Assembly: GCF_037042905.1 (NCBI RefSeq)
Contig: NC_087252.1
Location: 2,668,001-2,732,000, forward strand
DNA: 64,000 nucleotides
Direction: 5' to 3'
From: Lytechinus pictus
Taxonomy: Eukaryota
The stretch's first letter is position 1; each line of letters opens with the position of its first letter. Below are positions 1-12,299 of the stretch, one piece after another. The translations under genes were made by a program, and so were the position numbers. A model generated the notes under the pieces. The model ran no database searches. It was not told where the DNA came from and saw only the letters and a program-made list of their open reading frames with translations.

Positions 1-61
1 GTTGGACACATACATGTGATTACCCTCATGGAGCATTTTTACCCAATATTTTTTTAGAGTG
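1..61. mobile_element. Right end of a CACT-terminated MITE, cut by the window edge; same family as 23458-23721 and 62378-62514
   Basis: GTTGGACACAT..ATTACCCTCATGGAGCATTTTTACCCAATATTTTTTTAGAGTG closely matches the right ends at ~23668-23721 and ~62453-62514. Confidence 0.75.
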
Positions 62-224
62 TTCGTACCTTCGCCAAGGCATATTTACTCCAATGATCAT
101 TTGATGAATGCAATATACAGTCAAACATTTTTTGCGGCATTTTGCATATATCAAAGGCGTACTTGTAACTGATTTTTCATCAATATTTTGGGGGACAAAA
201 TTTACATCTATTGCTTTTAATATA

Positions 225-272
225 ATTATTTATTTATTTATTTATTTTTATTTATTTATTTATTTATTTATT
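225..272. repeat. (TTTA)n microsatellite / AT-rich low complexity
   Basis: Visible TTTA reiteration. Confidence 0.9.
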
Positions 273-449
273 AAATAATTAATTAATTAATTGATCAATT
301 TATCTACTTATTTCTTTTTTCATTAATATATTTATTTATTTACTCATATACATATTTATTTATTGGTTTATTTCTTTATCATTTTGTTATTCTATTTTCA
401 ATTAATATTATCTATTAGCTTGTTTATAATATATTAATTTTGCTTTCAT

Positions 450-506
450 TCTATCTATCTATCTATCTATCTATCTATCAACCTATCTATCTATATATCT
501 ATCAAC

Positions 507-566
<60 letters not shown>

Positions 567-754
567 ATATTTATCTATCTATCTATCAACCTATCTATAT
601 ATCTATCTATCTATCTATCAACCTATCTATCTACCTATCTATCTATCTATCTATCTATCAACCTATCTATCTACCTACCTATCTATCTATCTATCAACCT
701 ATCTATCTACCTATCTATCTATCTATCTATCTATCTATTTATCTATCTATCTAT
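450..754. repeat. (TATC)n / GATA-type microsatellite with TCAACC and TACC variant units
   Basis: ~300 bp of TATC repeats; explains the spurious ORF 440..775. Confidence 0.97.
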
Positions 755-1020
755 AGATTTAAAGCATTTCATTAGGGGCACTTAATACTCCATAGACACC
801 CCCCCCCCCCCCTGCTCCTCCCGCCCATGTTAGTCGCCACGCCATTATGGCCATGTACCGAAAGACCTCGACACCCTTTAGCATGTACGCGAGTATCATC
901 TTTTCCCGTTACATTATTCATAACTACATACTCATAATATTCTTACGATGTGATGAAGGGAATTTTCAGCGGAGCAGCCCTTGACCAAATTAACACTAGA
1001 GATTGTTGATGGGATATGTA

Positions 1021-1059
1021 TAAGAAGAAAGGAAGATGGATGAGAAGCGGTCGAGAGTG

Positions 1060-1096
<37 letters not shown>

Positions 1097-1510
1097 TGGG
1101 GCCTGTTAGGAGTGATAGAGAGGTAGGGTAAGGGAGAGGGAGAGAGATGGGGGGGGGGGTAAGATTGAAAGAGGGTGAGGAAACAAAATGATACAGAGGG
1201 GGGAGGGGTCAGGTCAAAGAGACGAAAGCGATGAAAGTGGTCGGAAGGGGGAAGAGCATAATAATAATCGTAAAGAGAAAAAAAAATATGTACAGACAGC
1301 GGAAAATAATAAGAGGGATGAAGAGGGGAGGGGGTTAGGTGCTGGAGAGAGATGGGGAAAGTGGGTGGGAGAGAGAGAGGGGATGGGAGTGCGTGAGAAT
1401 GAAAAAAAAAAGAGAAAGGAGATCGGGGAAATAGGTATGTGTGTGTGAGAGATAAGGGAGAGAGAAAGAGAGAGAGAGGGGGAAGTGATAGAGAAAGAGG
1501 GAAGGGGTAA
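1021..1510. repeat. Purine-rich (GA)n/G-run low-complexity tract
   Basis: (GA)n at ~1062-1090 and many G/A runs. Confidence 0.85.
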
Positions 1511-2945
1511 ATAGTTTGCAGGGATCGCCGAGCATTTTTTACGGGAGGGGGGGGGCTACCTTTGCTAAAACTTAGAATAAGTTGATAATTATTACGTTTA
1601 TATGTTCACTGAAAAGAGAGTGACTGAAGCTACCTCCCTCCTCCCCCCCCCCCCCCGGTGCCTTGGGGCCTATGGCCCCTGGATTGGAGAGGGAGCATTG
1701 TGAGAGAGTGACCAACAAAATTTTGAGAAAGATGAAATAGAGAGGAGATAGAGAAAAGAGCAGGAAAGCTAAAGAGAGAGAGAGAGAACGAGGCACAGAC
1801 AGACGGCATGGAAGAAGGAAACGGGGGGGGGGGGGGTGTAACCTTTGATGCGTTCCTAAGTAATAGCATTTGAGTCATCACACAAGTAGATTTGATCAGT
1901 TAGGTTGTAGAAATATCAAAGCAACGACGTAAACATGGTAATGAACTGCCACAACCCGGAACTACAATGTTCATGTATAAGCAGTACCTTGGGCGAGGCT
2001 GCCTTTCTGAGTGCATCTATTTGTGTGAGTTTTTTGGATTCCACATTTTATTCTAATATCATGCATTTTACATAAAGGTATGCCATTAATATTCATGTCT
2101 ATAACCTTGTTTATACGTTTCTATCTGAAAGGTTTTTAAGATGCATCTTTTGATTAGGTATTTCTAGTGAATGCCTCTGTATCTTTACGTATCCAGTGTG
2201 TGGTCTTGCTAGAAATTGGGTGTTATAGTGATGCGTCGGGCATCCAATTATGTCATCAAATTGTGTATTTTTCAGCTGATTTTGATGGAAATTTCATTTT
2301 TGCTGCTCAATTTATCATCCGAATCATATTAAATTAGTATCTATGTGTCTATAGGCCTACCCTTCATAAAGGAATATTGAAGATAATTATATTTTTTGTT
2401 ATGAATCCGTCTTCATAATCAAAAAGTATATATATGCATTTTCTATATAAATATGCAATGATACATCTTTTGTGTTTGTTTTATATTACGAACTTCGTTG
2501 ATTTGCTTACCTAAATAATATATGATATTTGATTATTAAACCATCAGGGTCTATACTGCAAGCTTGAGTAGACCTTTCGTTTTATTTCATTTATTTAGTA
2601 TTATTTTTGTGGTAGAGTTACAAACATATTATTCCCCGAAATAGATCCGAAATAGATGTACTTTGATCATTTTTCGGAATATGAATATTCAGGAAATCAC
2701 ATAACTTTTAAGCTCTTAAAGAGGTATACATTAAAACAAGAACCAAAAAATAAAAATACACGAGGAAATACAAAGGCTAATAAAGATTACGTGTTGATAG
2801 TCCGGTCCTAATTATGCGTTTTAACTATTGAATGAGTTGTCAGCTATGCAAACTTGTGACTCACTCGTCATGCTCGTTGTGTTACAGTCACGCTAACAAA
2901 ACAGACTTCATTTCGATGGACGGTATGCAATTCAAAATAACTTAA

Positions 2946-3555
2946 AGGTCAAGTCCACCCCAGAAAATGTTGATTTGAATAAATAGAGAAAAATGAAACT
3001 AGCCAAACGCTGAAAATTTCATCAAAATCGGATGTAAAATAAGAAAGTTTTGAAATTTTAAAGTTATGCTTATTTTTCGCAAAACAGTAATATACACAGC
3101 AATACAAATGAGATAGGCGATGATATCCCTCACTCACTATTTCTTTTGTTTTTTATTGTTTGAATTATACAATATTTCATTTTTTTTTATAGATTTGACA
3201 AAAAGGAATAACTTGACTGAATCATATAGTATCAAACAATGCTAATTTCACATGTTCAGCATGTTCAGGGAGGAATTAATTGTTGTTTCACTTGACAATA
3301 ATGAGGAAATAGAAATATTCCCTATTTCATATAATAAAATACAAAAGAAATAGTGAGTGGATGATGTCATCAGTCTCCTCATATGCATACCGACCAGGGT
3401 GTGCATAATAACTGTTTTGTGAAATTAAGCAAAACTTTAAAATGTCATAACTTTCTTATTTTACATCCGATTTTGATGAAATTTTCAGTGTTATGCTTGT
3501 TGGATTTTCCTCTTTTTATTCAAATCAACTTTTTTGTTGGGGGTGGACTTGTCCT
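2946..3555. mobile_element. Kolobok-like non-autonomous DNA transposon (MITE)
   Basis: TTAA on both sides (2942-2945, 3556-3559); TIR AGGTCAAGTCCACCCC / GGGGTGGACTTGTCCT; long imperfect inverted arms (GAAAATTTCATCAAAATCGGATGTAAAATAAGAAAGTT and its reverse complement). RR..YY ends with a TTAA TSD fit Kolobok. Confidence 0.88.
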
Positions 3556-3977
3556 TTAATAGTTGTGATCGGTCTTCAGTTTTATTTTGCTGTTTTAAAC
3601 AGAATGTGAACACGATACGTGACACTGGCAGCTGGTTCTATTCCGAGCAAGGGTAAATATGGTGCTATGGATAGCAAATTGTGACAATGTCTAAGAATAT
3701 ACAATTTCGTCAGCTCGTTTGACACTTCAATAATTAATAACTTATACCGGGAAAATTACTGAAATGGTTCTCTTCTTAACGAAAAACTAGGAAAGAGCCC
3801 GGAAAGAAAAAAAAACATGCAATGCAAATGCAATTTAAAAAGTTTTGGCCTCCCCTACAGCCGCAGAATTAGAAATAAACTCCGTAAAACCGAACTTTAA
3901 AATACGGGCCACTGTTTTTTTTTTTCTAGCAGGGAATGACCTGTTAACTTGGGTGGCTGTACATCGATAACGCATGC

Positions 3978-4000
3978 TTTTTTTTATCTTCATCTTACAG
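3978..4000 (+). other. 3' splice acceptor of a 5'UTR intron of the TRIM-like gene
   Basis: Polypyrimidine tract TTTTTTTTTATCTTCATCTTACAG ending 19 nt before the ATG at 4020. Confidence 0.7.
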
Positions 4001-4019
4001 ATCCTGACTGTTCACTACG

Positions 4020-5621
4020 ATGGCTAGCAAGGTGGAAGGTGAGAAGCTGCAGGGTTTGGTGTGTCCTTTGTGCCTTGATGTCTTTGAGAACGCAACCATC
4101 CTCACCTGTGGTCATACCTTCTGCAAAGAGTGCCTGGAGGCATACGACGAGCAGAGTCATGAGCTTAGTTACATAGTCTGCCCGGTTTGCAGGGACAGGA
4201 CTGAACTTGGTCAAGACCGGGTGGCAGGACTAACCCCAAACTTTTCCGTCAAGGGACTCGTGGATAAGATCAATGTTGAAGATGGGCGTCGCAGGCCGGT
4301 CTATTGCTCTTTGCACAACGCAGTCTACAAGGATATCTTCTGTGAGGATTGTGCAGAGTTTATTTGCCTTTCTTGTTACATCCATAGCCACAAAGAACAC
4401 GTGATCAAGAAGAAAGAAGAGTTGGAACGAAATCTGAAGGAGAGGCGGAACACTCTTATTCGCAGGAAGGCAAGGAGATTCCTGCTGGAGAGGTCTTTGA
4501 GCAGTGCTGAGGAGCAAGGAAATGATTCAAACCAACACCTGAGCGGCTTGGAGAAGGAAATTCGGGATGCCTTTGTTAAGAAACTAATGAGGCTTCAGGA
4601 GCAGGAAGGTGTGCTTCTGAAGATGGTGAAGGAAATGCGGAAGGCCCAGGACGAGGCGGTAGCAGGAAGTGCATGGTTTTGTCCAGCGGACGATACGCTT
4701 CTTGCACTTGGTCACATTGAGCTTGGAGAGGATTCATCAGTAGACGAAAGGCAGGAGGTCGGATCTGCTTCCCCAGTGAGATGTAACGATACAGATGGAC
4801 TACAAACGAGCGCCCTCATTGATGATTCAATGAAAATAGTGAGAGAGATTGAGTTACCCAAGGGATTGGCTGGTATGTCGGCACTGTCCAAGGATGCCGT
4901 GGTTGTCGGGTATGGATGGAACGCCAAGGGTTCTGATTGCTTCTCAGTCTGCGGAAACCAGATACCCCATCTCAAGAGTGATGCTGGAAACGTCTACGAT
5001 ATCGCTATGCTAGGTGATGGCAGGACCGTCGTCTCCCGTGACGTGGACATGTGCCTTGTGTTTGACCGAAAAGGTAGACAGATCCGAGGGCTTAAGTACA
5101 TCTGCAATAAGGCAGGGCTTTGCCCTATGATATGCAGCGACCATGAGGACAACATCTATGCAGTGAACAGATCATCCGAGATCAATATATTCCAAGGAAG
5201 CAAGGGAACACCCAGGAGGGTTGTCCACACCGGAAGCATCAAGCCTTCTCAGATCTGCGTCACCAGCACCGGCATCATGATCACCTGTACCTGCATTATG
5301 ACACCAAGTACTGTCACCGTCTTCGACCGAGATGGTCATGTCGGCAGCTCCGTCACGGCTAGTGATGATACAGAGTATCTTCTAGCCGCAGTGGATAGTC
5401 AGGATAGTGTCTTGGTAGCAAGGGTCAGGGTAGGTTCGGATACCATCGGCTTGACTAGGTATACCCTGGATGGCACGAGACTCACCGAACAGGTATGCTT
5501 CAAACCTCTCCAGCTTCATGCCCGGTGCCAGTCATTTTGGTCATACATGGTGAGTCTCACTCCAAACATGCTGGCCTTCAAAAGCAAAAGGCGGTTGTAT
5601 TTCATTGAGATTGTGGCCTGA
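4020..5621 (+). CDS. TRIM-like (RBCC) E3 ubiquitin ligase: C3HC4 RING, B-box type 2, coiled coil, probable degenerate NHL/beta-propeller C-terminus; 533 aa, intronless CDS
   Basis: RING CPLC..TCGHTFCKEC..CPVC; B-box CSLH..FCEDC..ICLSC..HSHKEH; charged helical segment ~aa 125-210; C-terminal beta-rich repeats (DIAMLGDGRTVV, CSDHEDNIYAV, CVTSTGIMI, AVDSQDSVLV); GC content higher than the flanks. Confidence 0.93.
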   Translation: MASKVEGEKLQGLVCPLCLDVFENATILTCGHTFCKECLEAYDEQSHELSYIVCPVCRDRTELGQDRVAGLTPNFSVKGLVDKINVEDGRRRPVYCSLHNAVYKDIFCEDCAEFICLSCYIHSHKEHVIKKKEELERNLKERRNTLIRRKARRFLLERSLSSAEEQGNDSNQHLSGLEKEIRDAFVKKLMRLQEQEGVLLKMVKEMRKAQDEAVAGSAWFCPADDTLLALGHIELGEDSSVDERQEVGSASPVRCNDTDGLQTSALIDDSMKIVREIELPKGLAGMSALSKDAVVVGYGWNAKGSDCFSVCGNQIPHLKSDAGNVYDIAMLGDGRTVVSRDVDMCLVFDRKGRQIRGLKYICNKAGLCPMICSDHEDNIYAVNRSSEINIFQGSKGTPRRVVHTGSIKPSQICVTSTGIMITCTCIMTPSTVTVFDRDGHVGSSVTASDDTEYLLAAVDSQDSVLVARVRVGSDTIGLTRYTLDGTRLTEQVCFKPLQLHARCQSFWSYMVSLTPNMLAFKSKRRLYFIEIVA

Positions 5622-6352
5622 TAAAGTGATCAATATCCTTTTTAAATCTGTAGGTCTATCATGTCTATAGCTTGCTTTCAGGGACAAGTTCACTTTTCCT
5701 AAGGCCTCACTTTTTATCAAAACACAAATGGGACAATTAAAAAAATAAAGCTTTACACATCGAAGGCCAATGAAATGGTCATCAAGGTCAGTTATCAAGT
5801 GATCAACGATCTGTTGACCAAAGAGTTGAACAAAAGGACTTATTTGGCCTTGACTAAGTCTGTTTCTTGTCATAGCCTATATGGCATATACAGTACTTTG
5901 TTCTTCTTATGACAGTGTTTCGAATTTCCTCTTGTAATCCAAAGTGTATGTTAGGAATTTATGTTACGAATCCACACTCTGATATTTTCTCACTATTAGG
6001 CACTATATTTATGTACATGGTCGTAAGAAGGAATTTTCTAACTCTCAAAGTACAGAAAGTGTTTACTCATTCATCAGGTGAGAAAGTAAATTGAACGAAG
6101 TGATTGCAAGTGTTTTTTTAAATCTATGTTGAAGGACCTGGCACATATCAATGGAGAAATTGCTAACATTTGAAATAAGCATGATAAAGGGTAAATTAGA
6201 AACCATCCTGGAGATGCCCCTCCCCTCACGTACGGCTTTGGCTCTCTTACGTATTTCAAACAATCTATTGTGAAAATATCGTTTCTTTAAAATCGTCAAC
6301 ATTTTGAGTGACCTTCATCTTTGAGTAAGAAGATATATAATTTTGCTTTATC

Positions 6353-6443
6353 CTATCAGGATAAGTTTCCTGGAGGACATCTCTTCCGGAGGACACCGCC
6401 ATGGGAGGGGAGGGCGGTGTCCTCCGGGGAGACATCCTATAAC
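6353..6443. repeat. Small GC-rich inverted repeat / mini-MITE
   Basis: Perfect 15-bp stem CCGGAGGACACCGCC (6386-6400) / GGCGGTGTCCTCCGG (6413-6427) with a 12-nt loop; GGAGGACA motif repeated. Confidence 0.65.
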
Positions 6444-6625
6444 CTCATAGAATAGATTAGATGTACGATAACAAAGAATTAAAAGTAGTATGAAAGAACT
6501 ATGGTATATTTTCAAGATAATGTCTAATCGTAAACTACAGAGTTTATGCGCTTGAAAGTGAAAATTATGCGAGGAAATTATTCATCCTCGTCCATCTGAT
6601 CTCCCTCTAATTGAGGCACGAGGTA

Positions 6626-6867
6626 CACTGCAAAAACTCCGGTGTTGATTTTACACCAGCCCGGAATCTATTTCTGTCCACACCAGAGAAGTGTTAAACA
6701 ACACCAGTTTGGTTTTGGTCTAACACCAGATATGTGTTTATACAACACCAATTAGTATTAAAACAGCATCGGTTTGATTCCAAACTGGTGTTATTTCAAT
6801 ACTTCTCCGGTGTGGACAGATATAGATTCCGGGCTGGTGTTAAATCAATACCGGAGTTTTTGCAGTG
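6626..6867. mobile_element. CACTG-terminated palindromic MITE, family A copy 1 (EnSpm/CMC-like or Tc1-like)
   Basis: TA|CACTGCAAAAACTCCGGTGTTGA ... TCAATACCGGAGTTTTTGCAGTG|TA; long inverted arms; further copies at 23948 and 27975. Confidence 0.92.
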
Positions 6868-7164
6868 TAGGGTTGGTAAGCATTAAAATACAGATATAAT
6901 GTTCGTATTATCAACGGAAAATATCTGCAGTATTACATGATGGCGAGATGCACAAGAAGATTTTGTTATCGAATGTAGGCACACAGTCAAGCGCATTGGA
7001 TGTTACATTATTCAAAGGCATCATGGTTGATTTCAATCCCCTGCACGTATGACTAAATCAAATGCCGATTTTACTTCACATGTTAGGTGCTCCCTTCTAT
7101 CATGAATAAATGATACAGGGAGTGAGGGGGGATGAAGGGAGGTATGGGTATGATGGGGAGGAAT

Positions 7165-7577
7165 CAGTGGTGCAATGAGCCAACAATTTTGAGGGGGCTA
7201 GATATGGCGTATCGGGCAAATAAAACAAAACAAAAGTTGCGAGCGAACGAGGCAGGCGAGTAAATTTTTTTTCAATTTTTTATTAAAAAAATCAAATTTT
7301 GTGATAGATTTTGACATAATATTCAGAAAATAATATCATATTTTGCCCTTCTCTCCTTCCTTTTCTTTGCTTTTCCTCTTTACTTGGTCGTGATTTTATT
7401 TTGTTTATTTAATCTATTTGTTTATTTGATTTATTTATTCATTTATTTCTTATTTATTTATTTGATTTATTTATTTATAGATTTATTTATTTATTCATTT
7501 ATTAATTTCTTATCTATTTTAATTATTTTTTTTTGGGGGGTAGCGCTCCCACCCCCCTTACCATTTGTACGCCACTG
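7165..7577. mobile_element. hAT-like non-autonomous element (degenerate)
   Basis: Ends CAGTGGTGCA / TACGCCACTG; partial 8-bp TSD GGAGGAAT / GGAGGTGA; its interior matches the fragment at ~19195-19290. Confidence 0.6.
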
Positions 7578-9309
7578 GGAGGTGAAGGCAAACACGGAGA
7601 AAGGAGACCGAGAGATGGGAGAGAGTTGAGGAGGTATAGAGGGAGGGAGAGGGGGGGGGGGTGATCATGGTGATACGCGCCACCAATTCAATCCGAGACT
7701 GTTGCACAATATAAAATGTTTTATTGATCATATTGATAATAACAATTAAAAAAACTTCGACATGCTATGTTTACTGAAATACTATAAGTGATATAATCAT
7801 ATTTAATAATGCAACTTTCCTAAATTGAATATATCTCTTTGAGAATAACTAATGGACGTAGATTGCTTCAACACATTATCAGAGTAATTATTTTTTACTT
7901 TTTAATGATTACTCTCACTGAATTTTTATGATATGTCAATTATAAACAGATAGGTTATTATTCTGCACATTGTGTTGGCGCCCTCTTCGTTAATTGGTGA
8001 TAATTGTCAATTGTGTAATCATGGTAATGTAACTCGTAGATTGACACCAAGCGCAAGTGTGAATGTATGGCAAATATTGGTTTTTGACCATTTTCAATAG
8101 AGTGCCTGTATTATAGAAATATAAAGTATTGAATATTATGATTCCCATGGTCATCAGACAAGGTATATTGTGCATTGCTTAAGAGAAAAGAGAAAAACAA
8201 ATAGTGAGCGTGTAACAAAGAAAGTGTTGTATTTCGCTATCTACACAAAACGCGATAATTGTTATAAAATGTCATCGGTGTCAGAGTTTCACGAATAACA
8301 AAACAAGATATATAAAAAAATAATACTATATTCTTCTTCTTCGGTTGGTTTGAGGGCGATTAGTAATATTTGACTTTTGTCGCTATTGACTTCATCTAAA
8401 GATTTCTCACTTCTCCTCACATGATAATATTATTACCAATTATTTTCATTTTTATCTTTTGCATCATTTCAATGTGAAAAAAGGAATAAATTTCACAATG
8501 AAGTTAGTTGTTATAATTATTAATTATTTTGTCTAATTTGGCATTACAAAAATCTCTCTAAAAACGAAACACTTCTGCCCAGTTCCAAACTAGTTGCGCT
8601 TACCCTGCCCCTTTAAGATGCGATCATACCAGTCAGTACGGTATTATTATATTATACATAATAGTAAATTATATTATTTATGGTATCTTTAAGTACACAA
8701 AGTACGTTGCCAATTGTAGAGGGCTTCCCGTTTCGCAACTCTATATTAGATAGACCAACGCGTTGCCTTTTCACATGTACATGTATTGTAGGTTTCTTTC
8801 GAAATATTGTTGGGGTTTTATTGGGGTAGAAATTAAAGAAATTATAGGGCCTGCATTTTCTATGATCCACATAAATGTTCAAGGATATCGAACCTACTAT
8901 TCCATTAAAAGCACTCGACTTACACACTGCGTAATATATTTTATGGTTTTGATCATTGTCATTTTGATGTTCTTTTGACATGTTTGATATATTTATGAGA
9001 TTTACTGCTGCGATTTGTACTTTTTAACACATATTTTCTGTATATTTTGATGATTTCAATAAAGTCTTCGCTATATCACCGCATTGTGGTGTCATATATT
9101 TGTTTCCTTATTATTTGTAATGTTTGTCAATATAGATGAACTTGTAGTATGATGTTTATGAATTAACAACATTTTTTTTTTTTTGGGGGGGTTAATACAT
9201 TGAGGAGTCTTTTTTTTTCTAATAAATTAGAAGAGATGGAAATTAACCTTGACAACTTCAGAGAAAAGAGCATCATTCTGTTTTCAAACACAGGGGTTTA
9301 GGTAACGAA

Positions 9310-9750
9310 GGGGGGGGGGGAGAATGGAAGGAAGCAATGAAGAAAGAAAGAACGAAATAAAGCAATGAAAAAATAAAAAGAAAGAAAAAAGATATAAAGA
9401 AAGAAAGAAAGGAGGGAGGGAGGAATTAACGAAATAAAGAATGAACGTAAAAAAAATAAATAGAAAAAGACGAGAGAAAGAGAGAGGGGGGATGGGGGGA
9501 AGGGAAATTAATAAAAAAACGAAAGAACATATAGGGGAATAAGAAATGAAATAAGAAAGGGAAAGAAATAACAACGAAATAAAAAAAGAAGCAACACAAA
9601 AGAGAGGATAAAGGAATAATGAATAAAGAAAAAAAAAACAGAAGAAAGAAAGGATGAAAGGGAGCAGAGAAAAGAATGGAAGAAAAAACTGTAAAGCCAG
9701 ATGACAGAAAGAAATAAAGACTGAAAAACAGAGGAAATAAAGAAGAAAGA
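9310..9750. repeat. A/G-rich low-complexity tract
   Basis: GAAA/GGAA-rich; source of the spurious F/L/S-rich minus-strand ORFs. Confidence 0.85.
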
Positions 9751-10214
9751 CCCCACAATAATTCATCAAAACTCTCTGGCGTCTACCAAGCAGTCAGGTA
9801 CCTTTTTTTTCCAATGGGGGTGCAAACGCCCTCTACGTTAAGGAGATAAAAGGTCAATTCATATCATTGGAAAGGTATTTTCTCTGCTATTTTTTTTAGT
9901 TTAAAAGTTTGCTATAGGAGTGTCAAACACATTAGCAATTATTTATTTGCATAGAGGAAACACGCCCTTTCAATGGGACAATAATTAGTCCTCACTGCTA
10001 ACTATCAGGCAGGGCTGCGCGTAATTTGTAAATTTTCATCGTATCAATTTCAAATCAGCATACACAATCATAATAAGGTCATCCCAGTTTAGTAATGGCT
10101 TGGTCCCTCTGCACTTACGGATACAGACAGGATGTAAAACGGAAAAGAATATTGCCATCCGTTGGACAACGTTATCATACTATGGTTGGCTTTCGTGGTC
10201 ATAATTCGCATATA

Positions 10215-11872
10215 AAATAGATACGTATCCCCAACAAGATACGTATCCCAGTTGACCAATCACGAGCCTAAAAAAGATAGATACGTCTCCTTATAGTTGA
10301 GCATACGTATCCCAAATCAACCGCGTAGGATTTCATTTTGGAGGGGCCTACACTTACAGAGCGGGTGGGTGCAGGGAGGGGGAGTTTCCCCCTCCCGCGC
10401 GAAGCGCGAAGCTTTTGGTGTTTCATAAATTAAAATGAAAAGGAGCCGTCTCTCTTGTCTCTAGTACCTATATCAGCTCCAATTCAGTTGACTTTATTGT
10501 GATTTTGAACCTTGTTTTCAAGTGATTGTGAACGCACAAAAAGGAATACAATGGAGGAAATTAAAATCATTATAACCCCGCGCGAAGCGCGGAAGCTAAA
10601 GCGTTTTATCAATTTTTTTGCCATGAAAAGGGTCCCGAGAAAAGGGTATTCTCAAAGATATATTGAATACTTCCCTTGGAAATATCAGATTTGATTACAA
10701 ACAATTTAGCGACAGTGCATATCTTTAACTCGCAAAACAGAGCTAGGAGAAGAAGTGTATATGCCGGGAGGAAGATATTCCTCCCCGCGCAGAGCAATAA
10801 AACTCTGAAATTTCAAAGGGCGGACGTTTCATCAAATGCAGATATATCTAATACCCCATCGGCTCTAATTCAATTGATTTCCTAAGATTATTGAACTTCA
10901 TTACAAGGAAAATAGTGCGCAAAAAGTTGAAACTTCTGTGATTTATTAAAATAATATAAAAAAGGATGCCTAATTTCTTTGACTTATCCTGAAGCGCTTC
11001 ATTTTGAATTATAAAGAAACCTAAGTGTCATTCAAAATTTCAAACTGAGGGCGCAAAACAGGACAGGAGATGAATGTGCAGGGAAATAACATGAAGATTA
11101 ATAGAATTTGAAAAAAATATTGTACTTTTTTATTTAATACGACACGAATTTTATACATTCCTCTTTTTAAATTAGGAACCTGTTTGCCCCAAATTATGGT
11201 TGTTTAGTAATGACCTGAAAAGCGGGAGAAGTTGACTTTATGGAGGTGACGGCATAAATTGATATAAAGATTTTTCCCGCCCGGAGCCGACCCGACCAGA
11301 AGTTGCGCGATCAATAAAAAAAAGATAACTTCATATACTTCGGCCTAACCTTACTCTAATTCCATGCCCTAATCTATACATTTGAACTTTAACTGGCAAG
11401 AAACACATATAGCTGAGGTGGAAAAGCAGAGTTAGAGAAAGGGTGGGGAAACAATGGAGAACTTCAATATTGTCATTTAACCGCGCGCAGCGCGGAAGCA
11501 AAATTCATATATAAATCTAAAGCAAGTGTGAAGGAGTTTCTCTTTTGAGAAAAAAAAATAAATTATAAAAAGAAAAAAAACCCGACAAAGCTACCTTTCT
11601 TCCCTTTCCTCCCTTCCCTTTTCATTTTTTCCTCTCTTTTTTCCCTTCTTTTTGTTCTTTTTGGGGACGTTTTGGGGGGGGGGGGGCGACCGCCCCCACC
11701 GCCCCCCCCCTGGCTACGCGCCTGTCCCAAATAGTATGATTTATGTATCAGTCGTGTTAACGATACGTATACTTACGTTCTCGATACGTATCCAATGTTT
11801 GGGACACGCGTCCCTTTATTTTGGGGTACGCATCTTGTTGGTTGGTGATACTTTTTGGGATACGTATCCCGT
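10215..11872. mobile_element. Host repeat with reiterated GATACGTATC palindromes, split by the 10318-11724 insertion
   Basis: GATACGTATC(CC) or variants several times at 10220-10313 and again at 11762-11870; termini not resolved. Confidence 0.55.
10318..11724. mobile_element. hAT-like non-autonomous element, 1407 bp
   Basis: Perfect 8-bp TSD TCCCAAAT (10310-10317, 11725-11732); imperfect TIR CAACCGCGTAG / CTACGCGCCTG; G/C-run subtermini; internal CGCGC-GNA-GCGCG motifs. Confidence 0.88.
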
Positions 11873-12299
11873 GATGAAGAGAAAATATAGTCTGAATAAA
11901 ATCTTAAAGCTTTGCTTACTTTCACAAAACAGTTATGCGCACATCCTGGTATTAATATGATGAAATACAAAAGAAATATTGAGCGGAACGTCAATAGTCC
12001 CCTCATTGGCATACCGACCAGGATGTGCACACAACTTATTTGTTGTTCTGTTTTGTTGCCTTTTTTTCCCTTGTGCTTTTTCTGGTTGAACTTTGTCAAA
12101 TTTCCTTTGAATATTAAATCTGCCCCTAATTGAATCAACCTTTGAGAGAGGAAAATGGTCGAGTGTTCAGACTTATGAACCACGCTTTCAATAACCACAT
12201 TTTCATCAAAGCTGGATAGGTCGACCATACGCCATTTTCTCATAATTTCATCTATATGTCACAAATTGGTAACTCATCCGCGTGCAATGATTATAGGTA

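Noticed and set aside
440..775. 111-aa ORF (YLSI repeats)
   Set aside because: Translation of the (TATC)n microsatellite.
1188..1881. Short ORFs and a possible tiny CAGGG..CCCTG element at ~1519-1681
   Set aside because: The ORFs come from GA/G low complexity; the TIR match is weak and there is no TSD.
9284..9769. Hydrophobic 161-aa ORF resembling a membrane protein
   Set aside because: Reverse complement of an A/G-rich low-complexity tract; open in several frames.
11773..12243. 156-aa minus-strand ORF
   Set aside because: No recognisable domain, and it partly overlaps the GATACGTATC repeat.
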